A stretch of 64,000 bases of DNA. It comes from Eledone cirrhosa (taxonomy: Eukaryota). The first letter of the stretch is position 1; every line of letters begins with the position of its first letter. Below are positions 28,825 to 41,717 of this stretch, piece after piece. A program made the position numbers and the translations under genes. The stretch is taken from contig OZ024747.1 of assembly GCA_964016885.1 (NCBI GenBank), positions 23,436,001 through 23,500,000 of the forward strand, given 5' to 3'. The notes under the pieces are model-generated. The model made no database searches. It had not been told where the DNA came from and was given only the letters and a program-made list of their open reading frames with translations.

Positions 28825-30305
28825 GGATACTATTTATAGTTATGTATATACTATATACAACTATAAACAGGTAAGGTCAGTAATTTATTACTACCTTATT
28901 ACCAGTAAGATAAATAGCTCAATGTAAGAACATCATTTGTTATACAGAGCAGTAATATAGAATACACAAGAATCAAAGCTATGTTAGAACATTTAATTGC
29001 TGACAATTGTTTCTTCCAAGCCTAGGCTTGGAGTCTTCGGAGCATTATTAATATTGTTTGTACATATAATCAGCCTCCTATTCTGCCGAAGAATCATACA
29101 GATACATATTGTGGACAACAGTGTGTGATGGGTAAGATTCAAAATTACAATTAAAAGCTTTTGGTGGAGCATGTGACAGATAATACAAGAGCGTCTAGTA
29201 CATAAATAAAATTAAAGAGACAGTACGTGCGTTAGTCATACATAAAGCAATTGAACAGGCAAAAGTATCAAGCATATATGAATGCTGGGTGTTGCATAAA
29301 AAATACAAGCACATAAAGCAGGTGTGTTACTATATTATGGTGGTTGCAATGCTGAAATATTTTCAGTGTAGATCGAATATGTGTGTGTGTAGAATAAAAA
29401 AGTTCCAGGTTTCACATCCATTACATATGTCACGATGTATTTGTGTTGAGTGTTTGTTATAGTACCCATCACACACTGTTGTCCACAATATGTATCCGTA
29501 TGACTCTTCGATAGAATAGGAGGCTGATTATATGTAAACACATTATTAATAATGCTCCGAAAACCTCAAGCCTAGGCTTGGAAGAAACAATTGTCAGCAA
29601 TTAAATGTTCTAACATAGCTTTGATTCTTGTGTATTCTATATATATGTATATATTTTTTTCGGAATACAAAAAATAACAACGCAGGAGTATAAGTAACAA
29701 ATAGTATTAGTTTCACGCTTAGTGTGAGTGGTGGATGTGGGTGCGACGTTTCGGGCATAAGCCCTTCATCAGGAGAGGAGGGGGCTCCGAGGGGGGGGGG
29801 GGGGGGGGGGGGGTAGCGGAAAAAAGGGAATAAAGATAAAACATGAAATGGAAAATACAAGTTAAAATAAAAGTTGTAAAACGTTGAGAGGCGTGTAGGG
29901 GTCGGGGAGGGCATGGGGTGGTGGTGTGTGAGGGGTGGATGGAGGGGGAGATGGAGGGGAAACGAAAAAAGCAATCCGAGCGGGGATGGCAGAAGGTGAG
30001 TGAAATAGAGCTTCCGCCGTATTTTTTACTAATGGTTAGAGTTATAAAAAAAAACCCAGATTGGAAAAAGGATAAGCATTGACGTACTTGGGACACGAAC
30101 TCACATCTTTGGCTATCATGACAACTTTGCTAACCATTACACCAATAATATATATAAATCAGGATGGATTCAGTTTGAACGTGTTAGTCCATTACTCAAC
30201 AGAGCACTCGATACTTGGGGTAGTTGAGTATGGTTATATTATAGAAAGTCTGGACCCGACGGCTGAGCTCTTGCCGTTTCAACAGCTAGTTACAGACGCA
30301 TTATG

Positions 30306-30341
<36 letters not shown>

Positions 30342-30955
30342 AACGACGAGATTATCGAGGCTGGAACTTCTTTGAACATAGGTCAGTATGATCAAGACTG
30401 GTCTGAGACAGGTCAACAAAAACAATTACAACCAACAACATTAACAACAATAACAATACCATATTGGGGTGCCATCAAGTAAATGAATGAAAACTTTTAA
30501 TGACATAAAACAAACCAACGAAGAAAGCCTCTGCGTAGTGGCTTGACTTTCTACTTCTAGAAATCATATCATAGCTATATTTAAAAAAGAAAAGTGTTGT
30601 GGATACCATAGGTGACATAGTCTTAGACACACGGAGTGAAAATAAAGAGCTCACCTGAGGCTAAATAACAACATAACTTAAAGGATCAGTTATGCATTTA
30701 GATCGTATCGAGATTACAGAAAAGAAACAAGATTAAAGTGAAATGATCTCATATCTTAAATAAAACAACTAGAGAAAACAAGCAAAAAACAAAACTGATA
30801 TGCATGCTCGGGAACTTTAAAAAATATATTGTCACGCTATCGTTTTTGTGTTTTTTCTCCAGTTTCTTTTGTAATATGGTATGAATGTGTGGAGAATGTT
30901 ATGTAAGCCCACAATAAGTGATACAATTACATAGACATACATTACGTATTTACAA

Positions 30956-31029
<74 letters not shown>

Positions 31030-34000
31030 GTATACATATATATACACACATAAATACGTATACACATATCTATGTATACATATCTATATATATATGTGTG
31101 TGTGTGTAGAGAGAGAGAGAGAGGGATGAACGATTATTAAATGAAATATATTTGTACATATAGAAGTAAACATTTTATCTATATCATGTGAGCGTGTATC
31201 TGTGCTTGCATGTATGTGTAATTATATAGGTGAAACATAAAAAAAATCAATTCAATAAAGAACTCAATACTTTAAGTAGAGTAAATTATTCGGTTTTACT
31301 TTAATAAAATACTAGAAGTTAGCAGATTCAATGATAGGAGCATACATTCTCTTAACCCCAACCGTCCATGAGTAAGAAAATATGCTGTAAAATCATTTAA
31401 TTCACACCTCCTTTCTTCTTAAATGTTTAGGTTTACATTGCTAAAAACAGTTTCTTTGTCTTAATAAATATTTCTCCATTAATCACTGGTACAGAATATT
31501 ATTCGATAGAAATAATCTAAATCTACGTTATAACTGCGCCGCAAACATCACGAACCTAATAAACAACCTCACTAAATAACTGAGATTAACTGCACATGTA
31601 GAAATACAAATGCATAGATTTTTAATCAGTCATGCAAATCTGAAGCTATCACCTTTTGTATTTACATTTCGTCACGAGTTCGAATTTCTTAATTAATATT
31701 TCGCCCGGTTATATGTGAATGTTGTATTTATCAGACAAACACAATAGATATTTTAGACTTAATAACCTCCCACCTTAACTTTCCACCTGTATTATCTTTC
31801 CATTTTTCATTTCTTGGATAGGAAGCTTCCTGTCAGATTGCCTCACATCAGCGAAGCTCGACTTTGCTTTGACCAAAGTTAGGTTATGTCTCCTATATCT
31901 TTGCTCCTGTACAACAATATTTTACATATGCCTCTCTACTTGGAGACAACATAGAGTTAAACTACCAATGTCGCTACAAATACAGGGCTTCACAATCTTT
32001 GGTGTTTTTTCCTCACATTAATTAGCAACGTCTGGGTTTCAAAGACTAACCTTTCTCTTCAGAGATAGAAAATAATCCAGCTCTTATCAGCTACTGACAT
32101 TCTCGTCTAAACTCCACATCTGGATCAGTGGCACTTGCTAACCACATACATATCTTTACCGCATTCAAAAGCTATCTGACTGACTTAGGACTCACTGGCC
32201 AACAGAATACATAAATCTCTGACATACAGAAGTGTCTAATTTTATCTTTATTGTAAAGGTATCTACTCCCCGGAACTAGCTACTTGCATACCACCACCAT
32301 TCGTGATCACCTGACATACTTCTGGCGTGCCTCCATCGAGCATATCCTACAATAACCATTCAAGCTACTCGGGAGTGTCAAGTTTCTGAAATTTCCTCTC
32401 CACCCGCGTTTACTCTCCACCCTTTACTCTCGACAATCCTTCTCCCCACATATATCCTGCTATGCCAGGGATAAAAGAAATAGAAAATATGAAAATTCGT
32501 ATCTGCTTTGATTGTGATCATTGCTGAAAAAATTGTTTGTTGTTGTTTAACCTCAAGTCAGCCCTGATAGAGCAAGAAATTCTGGCCGTGGCCATCCCAT
32601 TTTTTCAATATATTGGTTTCTGATTTAGGCACAAGGCCAACAATTTTGAGAGAAGAAAAAGTCAAATAAATCGACCCAGTGCATTACTGGTACTTGATTT
32701 TATCGAACCCGTAAGGATGAAAGGCAAAGCTAACTCCGGCAGGATTTGAACTCATGTTAGCTTTGCCTTTTTTCAATATATTGTCCAATGTAAGAGTAGT
32801 GGGTTGGCCGAATTGGTAGAGCATCAAATAAAATCCATTACGGTATTTGTTCACGTTCTTTAAATTCTGAATTCAAATGCCACCGAGGTAAAATTTGCCT
32901 TTCATCTTTCTGGGATTGATAAAATAAAGTAAAAACAAATAACGAAGCGAAATTAAATTTCGTTTCGTTTGTAACTCACTTTTGTATGACTGACGCTTAA
33001 ACAATTAAGTTAAAAATGTACATCTACATATGCATACTGAAATACTAGTGTGTATATGAATACACACACGTATACATATGTAGGTGTAACAAGTCTTTCA
33101 CTGGTTGCTTTACTGTGAGCAGCCCAGCTATTCTGTATGTAAACACACAGACAAACCGGTTTTTAGAGTCATACTGGTTTTCGGGGGAACACCTTCCCTT
33201 TATTCTCCAGAAAGCCAGACAAGGAATATTGAACTAGTTTCGTTGTTGTTACAACTCATCAGCAATATTTACCTATCTACCGGCCCTTCTGGAGAATTGT
33301 AAAAGCACATATCGTTATATGCTTTTTCTATGAAAATTAGTAGTGGGCAGACTAATTTGCATAGAGTGTGAGTAAGTACCGGTTCAACGGAGACGATAAA
33401 AACAAATAACGAAGCGAAATTAAATTTCGTTTCGTTTGTAACTCACTTTTGTATGACTGACGCTTAAACAATTAAGTTAAAAATGTACATCTACATATGC
33501 ATACTGAAATACTAGTGTGTATATGAATACACACACGTATACATATGTAGGTGTAACAAGTCTTTCACTGGTTGCTTTACTGTGAGCAGCCCAGCTATTC
33601 TGTATGTAAACACACAGACAAACCGGTTTTTAGAGTCATACTGGTTTTCGGGGGAACACCTTCCCTTTATTCTCCAGAAAGCCAGACAAGGAATATTGAA
33701 CTAGTTTCGTTGTTGTTACAACTCATCAGCAATATTTACCTATCTACCGGCCCTTCTGGAGAATTGTAAAAGCACATATCGTTATATGCTTTTTCTATGA
33801 AAATTAGTAGTGGGCAGACTAACTTGCATAGAGTGTGAGTACGCACCGGTTCAGCGGAGACGATAAAAACAAATAACGAAGCGAAATTAAATTTCGTTTC
33901 GTTTGTAACTCACTTTTGTATGACTGACGCTTAAACAATTAAGTTAAAAATGTACATCTACATATGCATACTGAAATACTAGTGTGTATATGAATACACA

Positions 34001-37000
34001 CACGTATACATATGTAGGTGTAACAAGTCTTTCACTGGTTGCTTTACTGTGAGCAGCCCAGCTATTCTGTATGTAAACACACAGACAAACCGGTTTTTAG
34101 AGTCATACTGGTTTTCGGGGGAACACCTTCCCTCTATTCTCCAGAAAGCCAGACAATGAATATTGAACTAGTTTCGTTGTTGTTACAACTCATCAGCAAT
34201 ATTTACCTATCTACCGGCCCTTCTGGAGTTTGTTTTTATCGTCTCCGCTGAACCGGTTCGTACTCACACTCTATGCAAGTTAGTCTGCCCACTACTAATT
34301 TTCATAGAAAAAGCATATAACGATATGTGCTTTTACAATTCTCCAGAAGGGTCGGTAGATAGGTAAATATTGCTGATGAGTTGTAACAACAACGAAACTA
34401 GTTCAATATTCCTTGTCTGGCTTTCTGGAGAATAGAGGGAAGGTGTTCCCCCGAAAACCAGTATGACTCTAAAAACCGGTTTGTCTGTGTGTTTACATAC
34501 AGAATAGCTGGGCTGCTCACAGTAAAGCAACCAGTGAAAGACTTGTTACACCTACATATGTATACGTGTGTGTATTCATATACACACTAGTATTTCAGTA
34601 TGCATATGTAGATGTACATTTTTAACTTAATTGTTTAAAATAAAGTAGTTATCAAGTAAATGGGTTGACGTAATCAACTTTGCCATGCTTTAAAATGTAC
34701 TGACCTTGTGTCTGAATTAGATATCAATATATTGTCCAAAGTAAGGGCGGTGGATTGGCAGTATCGGTAGAGGGTCGAACGCCATGCGTGTCAGCACAGA
34801 ATTACAGCCCTTTATGATCTGAGTTCAAATCCCGCCGAGGTTAACGTTGCCTTTCATCCTTACGGGGTCGATAAAATAAAGTACCAGTCACGCACTGGGT
34901 CGATTTAATCGCCTTTCCCCTCCCCCAAAATTGCTGGCCTTGTGCCTATATAAGAAACCAATATATTGTCCAAAGTATCTTAATTTTAAAATCTACGACT
35001 AGCAATCTTCAATGGTTATATACGTTGAGTTAAGAAGGTTTCTTTGCAACTACACGATTTCGTGTTCAATCTCACAGCGAGACACTTTCAGCATGTTGCT
35101 TGCTATAATAGCCTCAAATCGATTACAGCCGTGTGAGTGAATTTTGGTCGGCGGTAATTGAAAATTCGTCGGAGGTACCGCCTCTGTTCCTGGTTGGTAA
35201 ACATAGTCCCTGTCTGTGTTTAACGCCTTTAGTTCTTGGCTGTTTTTAGCAGAAATCACACGATCTTAAAATATACGACCTTGCACCAGTTTTAGAAAAC
35301 AAATCATATTTCGTCATTTCAAAAATTTTATATTATCTTCATCAATTATTTTAAATTACTGTTTTTGTTCTTATCTTGCAGATTTCTTACTTAGGAGACA
35401 GTCTCCATCGTATCATGGACACGATCTGTGAGTGCGAATACTTCTCAAAAGTTGCGTCAATTAATGAACGCAATTCGCCCTGGCGTTTGTATTTCAGAAA
35501 AGAATATTTCCCTCCCTGGGAGACTTCTATTAAGGATCCTGTAGCCGTTGATTTGATAACAGCACAAGTGTTGCGAGGTATTACTGTGGAAGAATACCCT
35601 CTGGAGGTAGGTAAGACATGTGAACATGTGAACATTTAAATAGATTCTAAAAAGTCTAAAGTCTGTCTTAAGCCAGAAGGCTCATTTGGCCGGTGCTTAC
35701 CCTGGTTTCATGGTGTGAAGCAACTGAGAGTACAAGACTTCCCCCTGGACAGGGCACCAGCCCATCGCAGGGTTAAACCCCCAGCTATTGCCGGTACTCA
35801 TTTTCAGCTGAGTGTACTGGAGCAACGTGAAATGAAGTGTTATGCTCAAGAACACAACACGCAACCCAGGAATCGAACCCACGACATTATGATCGTAAGT
35901 CCAACACCCTTACCATTAGGCCACGTACCTCCACGCTGAAATAGATTATCTGAGAGTAATTTCAGTTCACAAAATTGTGAGATCAAATTTCGTGAATCAC
36001 TCAATGTTATCTTATACTGTATTATTACTAGTTGACCAGTATCGTCAATAACAACGGCAATAGCGTCGGGCGTACTTCATTTTAGGAGTCTAGGATTACC
36101 GGATATATAAACAAGCAAGCAAACTCAAAAATTTACTCTTTGATAAATTAATGGTTTGCATAAGAGAAACATTATAGTTTATGTTGATTACTAGAAATAA
36201 TTAAAGATAAGAATTCTATTTTAATAATTTATTTTTAGGATATAATTACATAAATGTGCAGCATATATGTATATATGAATAAGTTTGGGGAAATAACTAG
36301 TGACAGGGATAAAAGTAGGGTTAGGACCCAAGCCAGTGTAACTGTAACACAAATTTCTTATTATAGCAACATACCTGAGATAGCGAATACAATGTGTGTG
36401 TGAATTTTAAGAGTTATAGGCGGAGATATATATAAATATACAAACGCACATAGCGTCAATAGCGCAGCTGGGGGGGGGGGGGGGGAAGCGTTCTTCCCCG
36501 GGCAACATTTTTTATGAAACCGGCACTTTTGGGTCTGATATATAAACCTGCATTGCCTATATTTTTTGTTGGGGGCCAAGAGGCAGCAAACACAACAGCT
36601 ATTATGGTTGATTGCTAAGTAAACCCATGTAGCATCATATACAATTCAAAGGAGTTCAGGGTGGTTGTATTACAGAGTGTTGGAAACTTTGCAATTCATA
36701 AATCGATAAATTAGTAAGCTGTCTACAGATCTGGTACCAATTTGTGTTGATATTATATTAGTAATTTGATAATCCTTGAGAGAAATTTACCACTAGATAA
36801 TTGTTTCTACTTTAGGCACAAGGCCAGCAATTACCCAGTGCATTACTGGTACTTTATTTTATCGACCCCGTAAGGATGAAAGGCAAAGTCAACCTCGGCG
36901 GGATTTGAACTCAGATCGTAAAGGGACGTAACTATGCTGGAAAGCATGGCGTCCGACCCTCTACCGATACTGCCAATCCACCCTAGATAATATACTGATT

Positions 37001-40000
37001 ATAGAAACGTAAATCTAAATTCTACAAAACGTTCAATACACTTTTATAAGGTTGTGAATTGGCTAATATTTGTACTTGTGAAGAGCTGTTGATGTATTTA
37101 TGCAACTGTTATTTTTCATTTGTTTTTATTTTGACTTCAGGAATCGCAGATAATTTATTACGCAGCTTTGAAGTATTACATAAGCGATGAAGAACTTAGA
37201 GTAAGCAAACTGACCAAATTAGTGGAAAAGTTTTTGCCAAAATATTGTCTCGAAAAAAGGTCCTCCTCTGAATGGGTTAACTTGATTTCAGAGATATTTA
37301 AACAAGAATTTCAATCTAAAAATAAAACGAAAGCTTCGTGCATGAATGCAGTAATAGACTTTGCTATGAAAAGCTTACGCAAATCTTTTTCGAGGTTATA
37401 TGAGATCAAACAATTCACTTCTCCCAATTTAAAACTAAGCCAAGTATCAGGTGCAGCGCATCAGCATGGCTTCTCAATTGTGGATGTCAATGCAGAAGAG
37501 AAGTTATATATACCATATGAAGAAATGATCAATTTGAGGAAAAAAGGGTGAGACAATTTTTTTGCAAAACATAGTAACATAGGAAGTATAATTTATTATA
37601 TATATCATATATAATATATCATCATCATGTATTATATGTCATATATAATATATAATATATATTATATATAATATATGTATTATATATATAACATATATAA
37701 TATATATAACATAAATATACAAGATATATAATATATATAATATATATAACTTAAATATGCAAGATATATAATCTAAACTATAATAAAGTAAGAGTGCGGG
37801 ACTGCGTACGGTTTATAATTTTGTTTATCCCATTAGTAAAATAAGTTGGATTACTTTGAATAAATAATGAATTAATATTACATAATTTATCTACTAAATT
37901 TCGTGGCTGTTCATTAAATATATTTTATTGTTTATTTAAAGATTCACTTCTTTAAAATTTTCAAATGTCAACACTTCCGGTGGCGATCGCTTAAATAAAC
38001 ATATTAATTTTTTGTCACTAATTTTCTCCTAATGCAGTTTATATATAATATCGTCTTTTTTTAATGTATCATGGATTACGTTACTGATTACATAAGACAG
38101 TGTAACACAGACTCTCTTCAATTTCTGTGTATATTGTCAATTACGATTTTATTTGACATATCATATCTATATGTATAATATACTTGCGTATAATATACAC
38201 ACTAGCAGAAAACCACCCACTAGTATATATAATATATATATAATGTATAATATATTTATTCATATATATATATATATGTGTTATATGTATTATATTATAC
38301 ATAATATTGAGAAATGCAGACAACAAACTTGTGTGTGTGTGTGACACGTACAAACAGGTTATCACAGTCAGTTTACTCCATGTAGCTCAATTATGCTTGT
38401 GTATAAAAAGAGCTTCTTTAATTTGTAAATTACTAACATTCCTCTAAAGTGACCTCGATGTCTTGGGTGTAGTATTTTCCCAGATTTGACAGAGGAGGCA
38501 CTCGTTGTATGTTTTTTATCTGCACATGTAGCATCCAGACAGTGCCTCCAATGTACGAGGCACCACAGTTTCAGAAGATCCCACTTTATGGTGAAAGCAG
38601 AAATTATTTGCTTAAACTTTTAATCTGTGCTAATTATATATATATATATATCACATCATCATCATCATTTTACGTCCACTTTTCCCTGCTTGAAAGGGGT
38701 GGGACGGGAACTGATTCTGGCTTGATTTCTACAGCTGGATGCCCTTCCTAACACCAACCTCATTTACAGTGAGTGCTGAGTGCATTTTTGCCGTGGCACC
38801 TCCACGACCACTTTGCAGTGGAATGATAGGGACCTCAGTCCCTATCATCTCATTTCTACAGCTGAGTAAACTGGAGCAATGTGAAATAAAGTGTCTTGCT
38901 CAAGGAAACAACACATCACCCGGTCTGAGAATTGAACTCACAACCTTTCGATTGCAAGGCCAATGCTCTAACCACTAAGCCATGTGCCTCCATATATATA
39001 TATCATTATCATGTGCCTCCATATATATATAACATTATCATCATCACGAAGATTATGAAGAGGTGGTCCACGTTGACTGCAGGCATGCTCGCGGCTGTTC
39101 AGGCCAATGTGAAACAGGTGAGCGCGGTCTCAGTTGAAGGTCTGGTCAGGATTCGATGATTTGCTGCTGTGGTTCTTCCTCCAGTACCTTTTATACTCAT
39201 GGGTGTTTTCGAAAATGGAGACAGCATGGTTGATGGTGAGACACCAGGCTAGGTCGTCGGCTAGGGTAGACCACAGGCGATGGTCGATATGACAGGCACC
39301 AAGGGATTTTTTCAAGCAGTTCTTGAATCGCTTCCTTTGTGCCCCACTTGGATCAGTAAATAGCAACACAGTACAAAAAAAGGAACGATCGACTTTCGTC
39401 AAATCGGACCGAGGAAACAATGTTTCCATTGGTCTATCCAATTGCTAAATCTATCTATCGGTCGCAACTCCAGGTAGAAGGAGCAACGTGAAATAAAGTG
39501 TCTTGCTCAAGGACATAACGCATCGCCCGGTTCTGGAATCGAACTCACAACCTCACGATTGCAAATCCAATTCTCTAACCAGTCAGCCATACGCCTTCAC
39601 ATACCCAAAAAATTCCTTAATTGCTGGCAGGCCCATTTGAAGCTACTACTGACTTTCAACTGAGCTGCCTACAGTAGAGCTCCAAGAACGTAACAAGCAC
39701 AGTTTGACCACGCAAAAATCAACTTTTGTTTGATCATTTTCATGTCAAAATACATTTTTTTCCATGGACAATTATATATCATTTGAAAGTTCTGTAAATT
39801 ACAGGAATCAAATTAGATTGATTAGTAGTAACTAATCCCTGATTTTTCCAACCACCCCCATTACATTCCACCTCACCCCATTCCAATTCTCTCCTCCAGA
39901 CATGGAGATACACTATATGGGTAAAAAGATGACATGGTTACAGCTGAATGTCTCTGACTACTTGGCTATAATGACCAAAAGAAAGTAAAGAGTTAAAGAG

Positions 40001-40285
40001 CGGCCATAGGAAATATATTGTTATGAAAAATGTCTTTAATTCTTTCTTGTTTTTCTTATTCTCCTACACAGTAATTGGATACATATTAAAAATGTGAAAG
40101 GAGTAAACCATGCTGTGGAATCCTCACAAGTAGATGACTTGTTTGGCGTATTGAACTCTTTCCTGGAAGAACTATGCAATAATTCATGTGTGGCAGTAGC
40201 TATTTGTCGGTGTAGTGTTATTGGTAAGATGTTTCTAAAATCAATAAACCCTGCCAAATAGTATTCATTTTTTTCTCAGTGTACC

Positions 40286-40324
<39 letters not shown>

Positions 40325-41627
40325 TGTTTCTACTTTTGGCACAAGGCCAGCAATTACCCAATGCATTACTGGTACTTTATTCTATCGACCCCGGAAATAT
40401 TTATACTTATATATATAATCTATATACAATTATAAATAAATAAGGGTAATATTTTGTATTACCCAATTACCAGTAAGAAAATTAGCTCAATGTAAAATAT
40501 AAGATATACTACAGAGCAGAAATACAACATAGAAAACAATCAAATTTTTGTTTAATGCATTTAATTGCTGACGATCGTTTCTACCAGGCAAATGTCTGGA
40601 ATCATCGGAGCATATACAATGTTAAAACAAGTAATTTAATTCCTAATCGTAAGGACATTCAATAAGATACATTATAATTAACAGTGTCATCAATTAAATG
40701 CATTAAACAAAAATTTGATTGTTTTCTATGTTGTATATATATATATATCATTATCATCATCACCGTTTAACATCTATTTTTCCACATTGGCATGGGTTAG
40801 ACCAGCAGTTGCCAACCAGTGGTCTGAGAGAAAAATGTTGACGTTATTTGCAATTTTTATTAATAATAAAGCAAAAATAGTATTTGGTTAAAACATATTT
40901 TATAACACTCCTAAAACATGTTTCTCCTCAGTAAAGAACTAACATCCAAGAAAGAATTTTACACATATGTATCATCTATTGACAATATGACACACGTACA
41001 CTTCAGTATAGTATAATAAAATGGAAGTTCTCTGTTCATTATTTTACGAATGTATAAGATTTTAAATTATGAATTTAGTGGTCCGTGAGGTTGGCAACTG
41101 CTGAGTTAGACTAACTATGTGTGTGTGTAAGAGTTTAAATGAGTTGATAATACAATCATATAAAAGGCAAAGAATATTTCAAAGCTCAATGTAATGTTAT
41201 AGTCCACAGTAAGGAAGGTAAGAGACAGTCCACAGTTTAATTCAATCAGTAAATTTCCAATCACAGTAGATTTACAATATCACAGATCATATACACAAAT
41301 GAATAAAGAATAACCAGGATTTAAATTAAATCATTTAATTGATTGACGAAAATGTCTTATGAGCATATGTTGGTAAATATTAATGTTATTTAATAGATTC
41401 TGAAGAGATTAATATAACGGGAATGAATATTCCTGTGGTTTTAATTGAAATGTTTGTCAAACAATTAAATGATTTTATTTAAATCCTGGGTCAGACTAAA
41501 TAAATCATTTTCGTTAATAATTATCAGGTCATTAAGTATAAAATATCTGATGTTGAATTGTAATTGCTTAAGGAAATGGAACATTTCATACTTAATGACC
41601 TTATATGATTTTACAGCATATGCAAAC

Positions 41628-41717
<90 letters not shown>

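Larger units (their letters stand above)
32930..34638 (-). mobile_element. Non-coding hammerhead-bearing tandem retroelement (retrozyme-like or non-autonomous Penelope-like): about 2.8 x 467-bp direct repeats plus one inverted 410-bp copy
   Basis: Units start at 32930, 33397 and 33864; inverted copy at 34229-34638; one intact hammerhead per unit; 12-bp duplication taaaataaagta at 32920-32931 and 34636-34647 inside a split SINE. Confidence 0.85.

Noticed and set aside
33105-34530. Four copies of a 65-70 aa ORF (MLYCEQPSY...)
   Set aside because: TTG start, no recognisable domain, antisense to the hammerhead; repetition only reflects the 467-bp unit.
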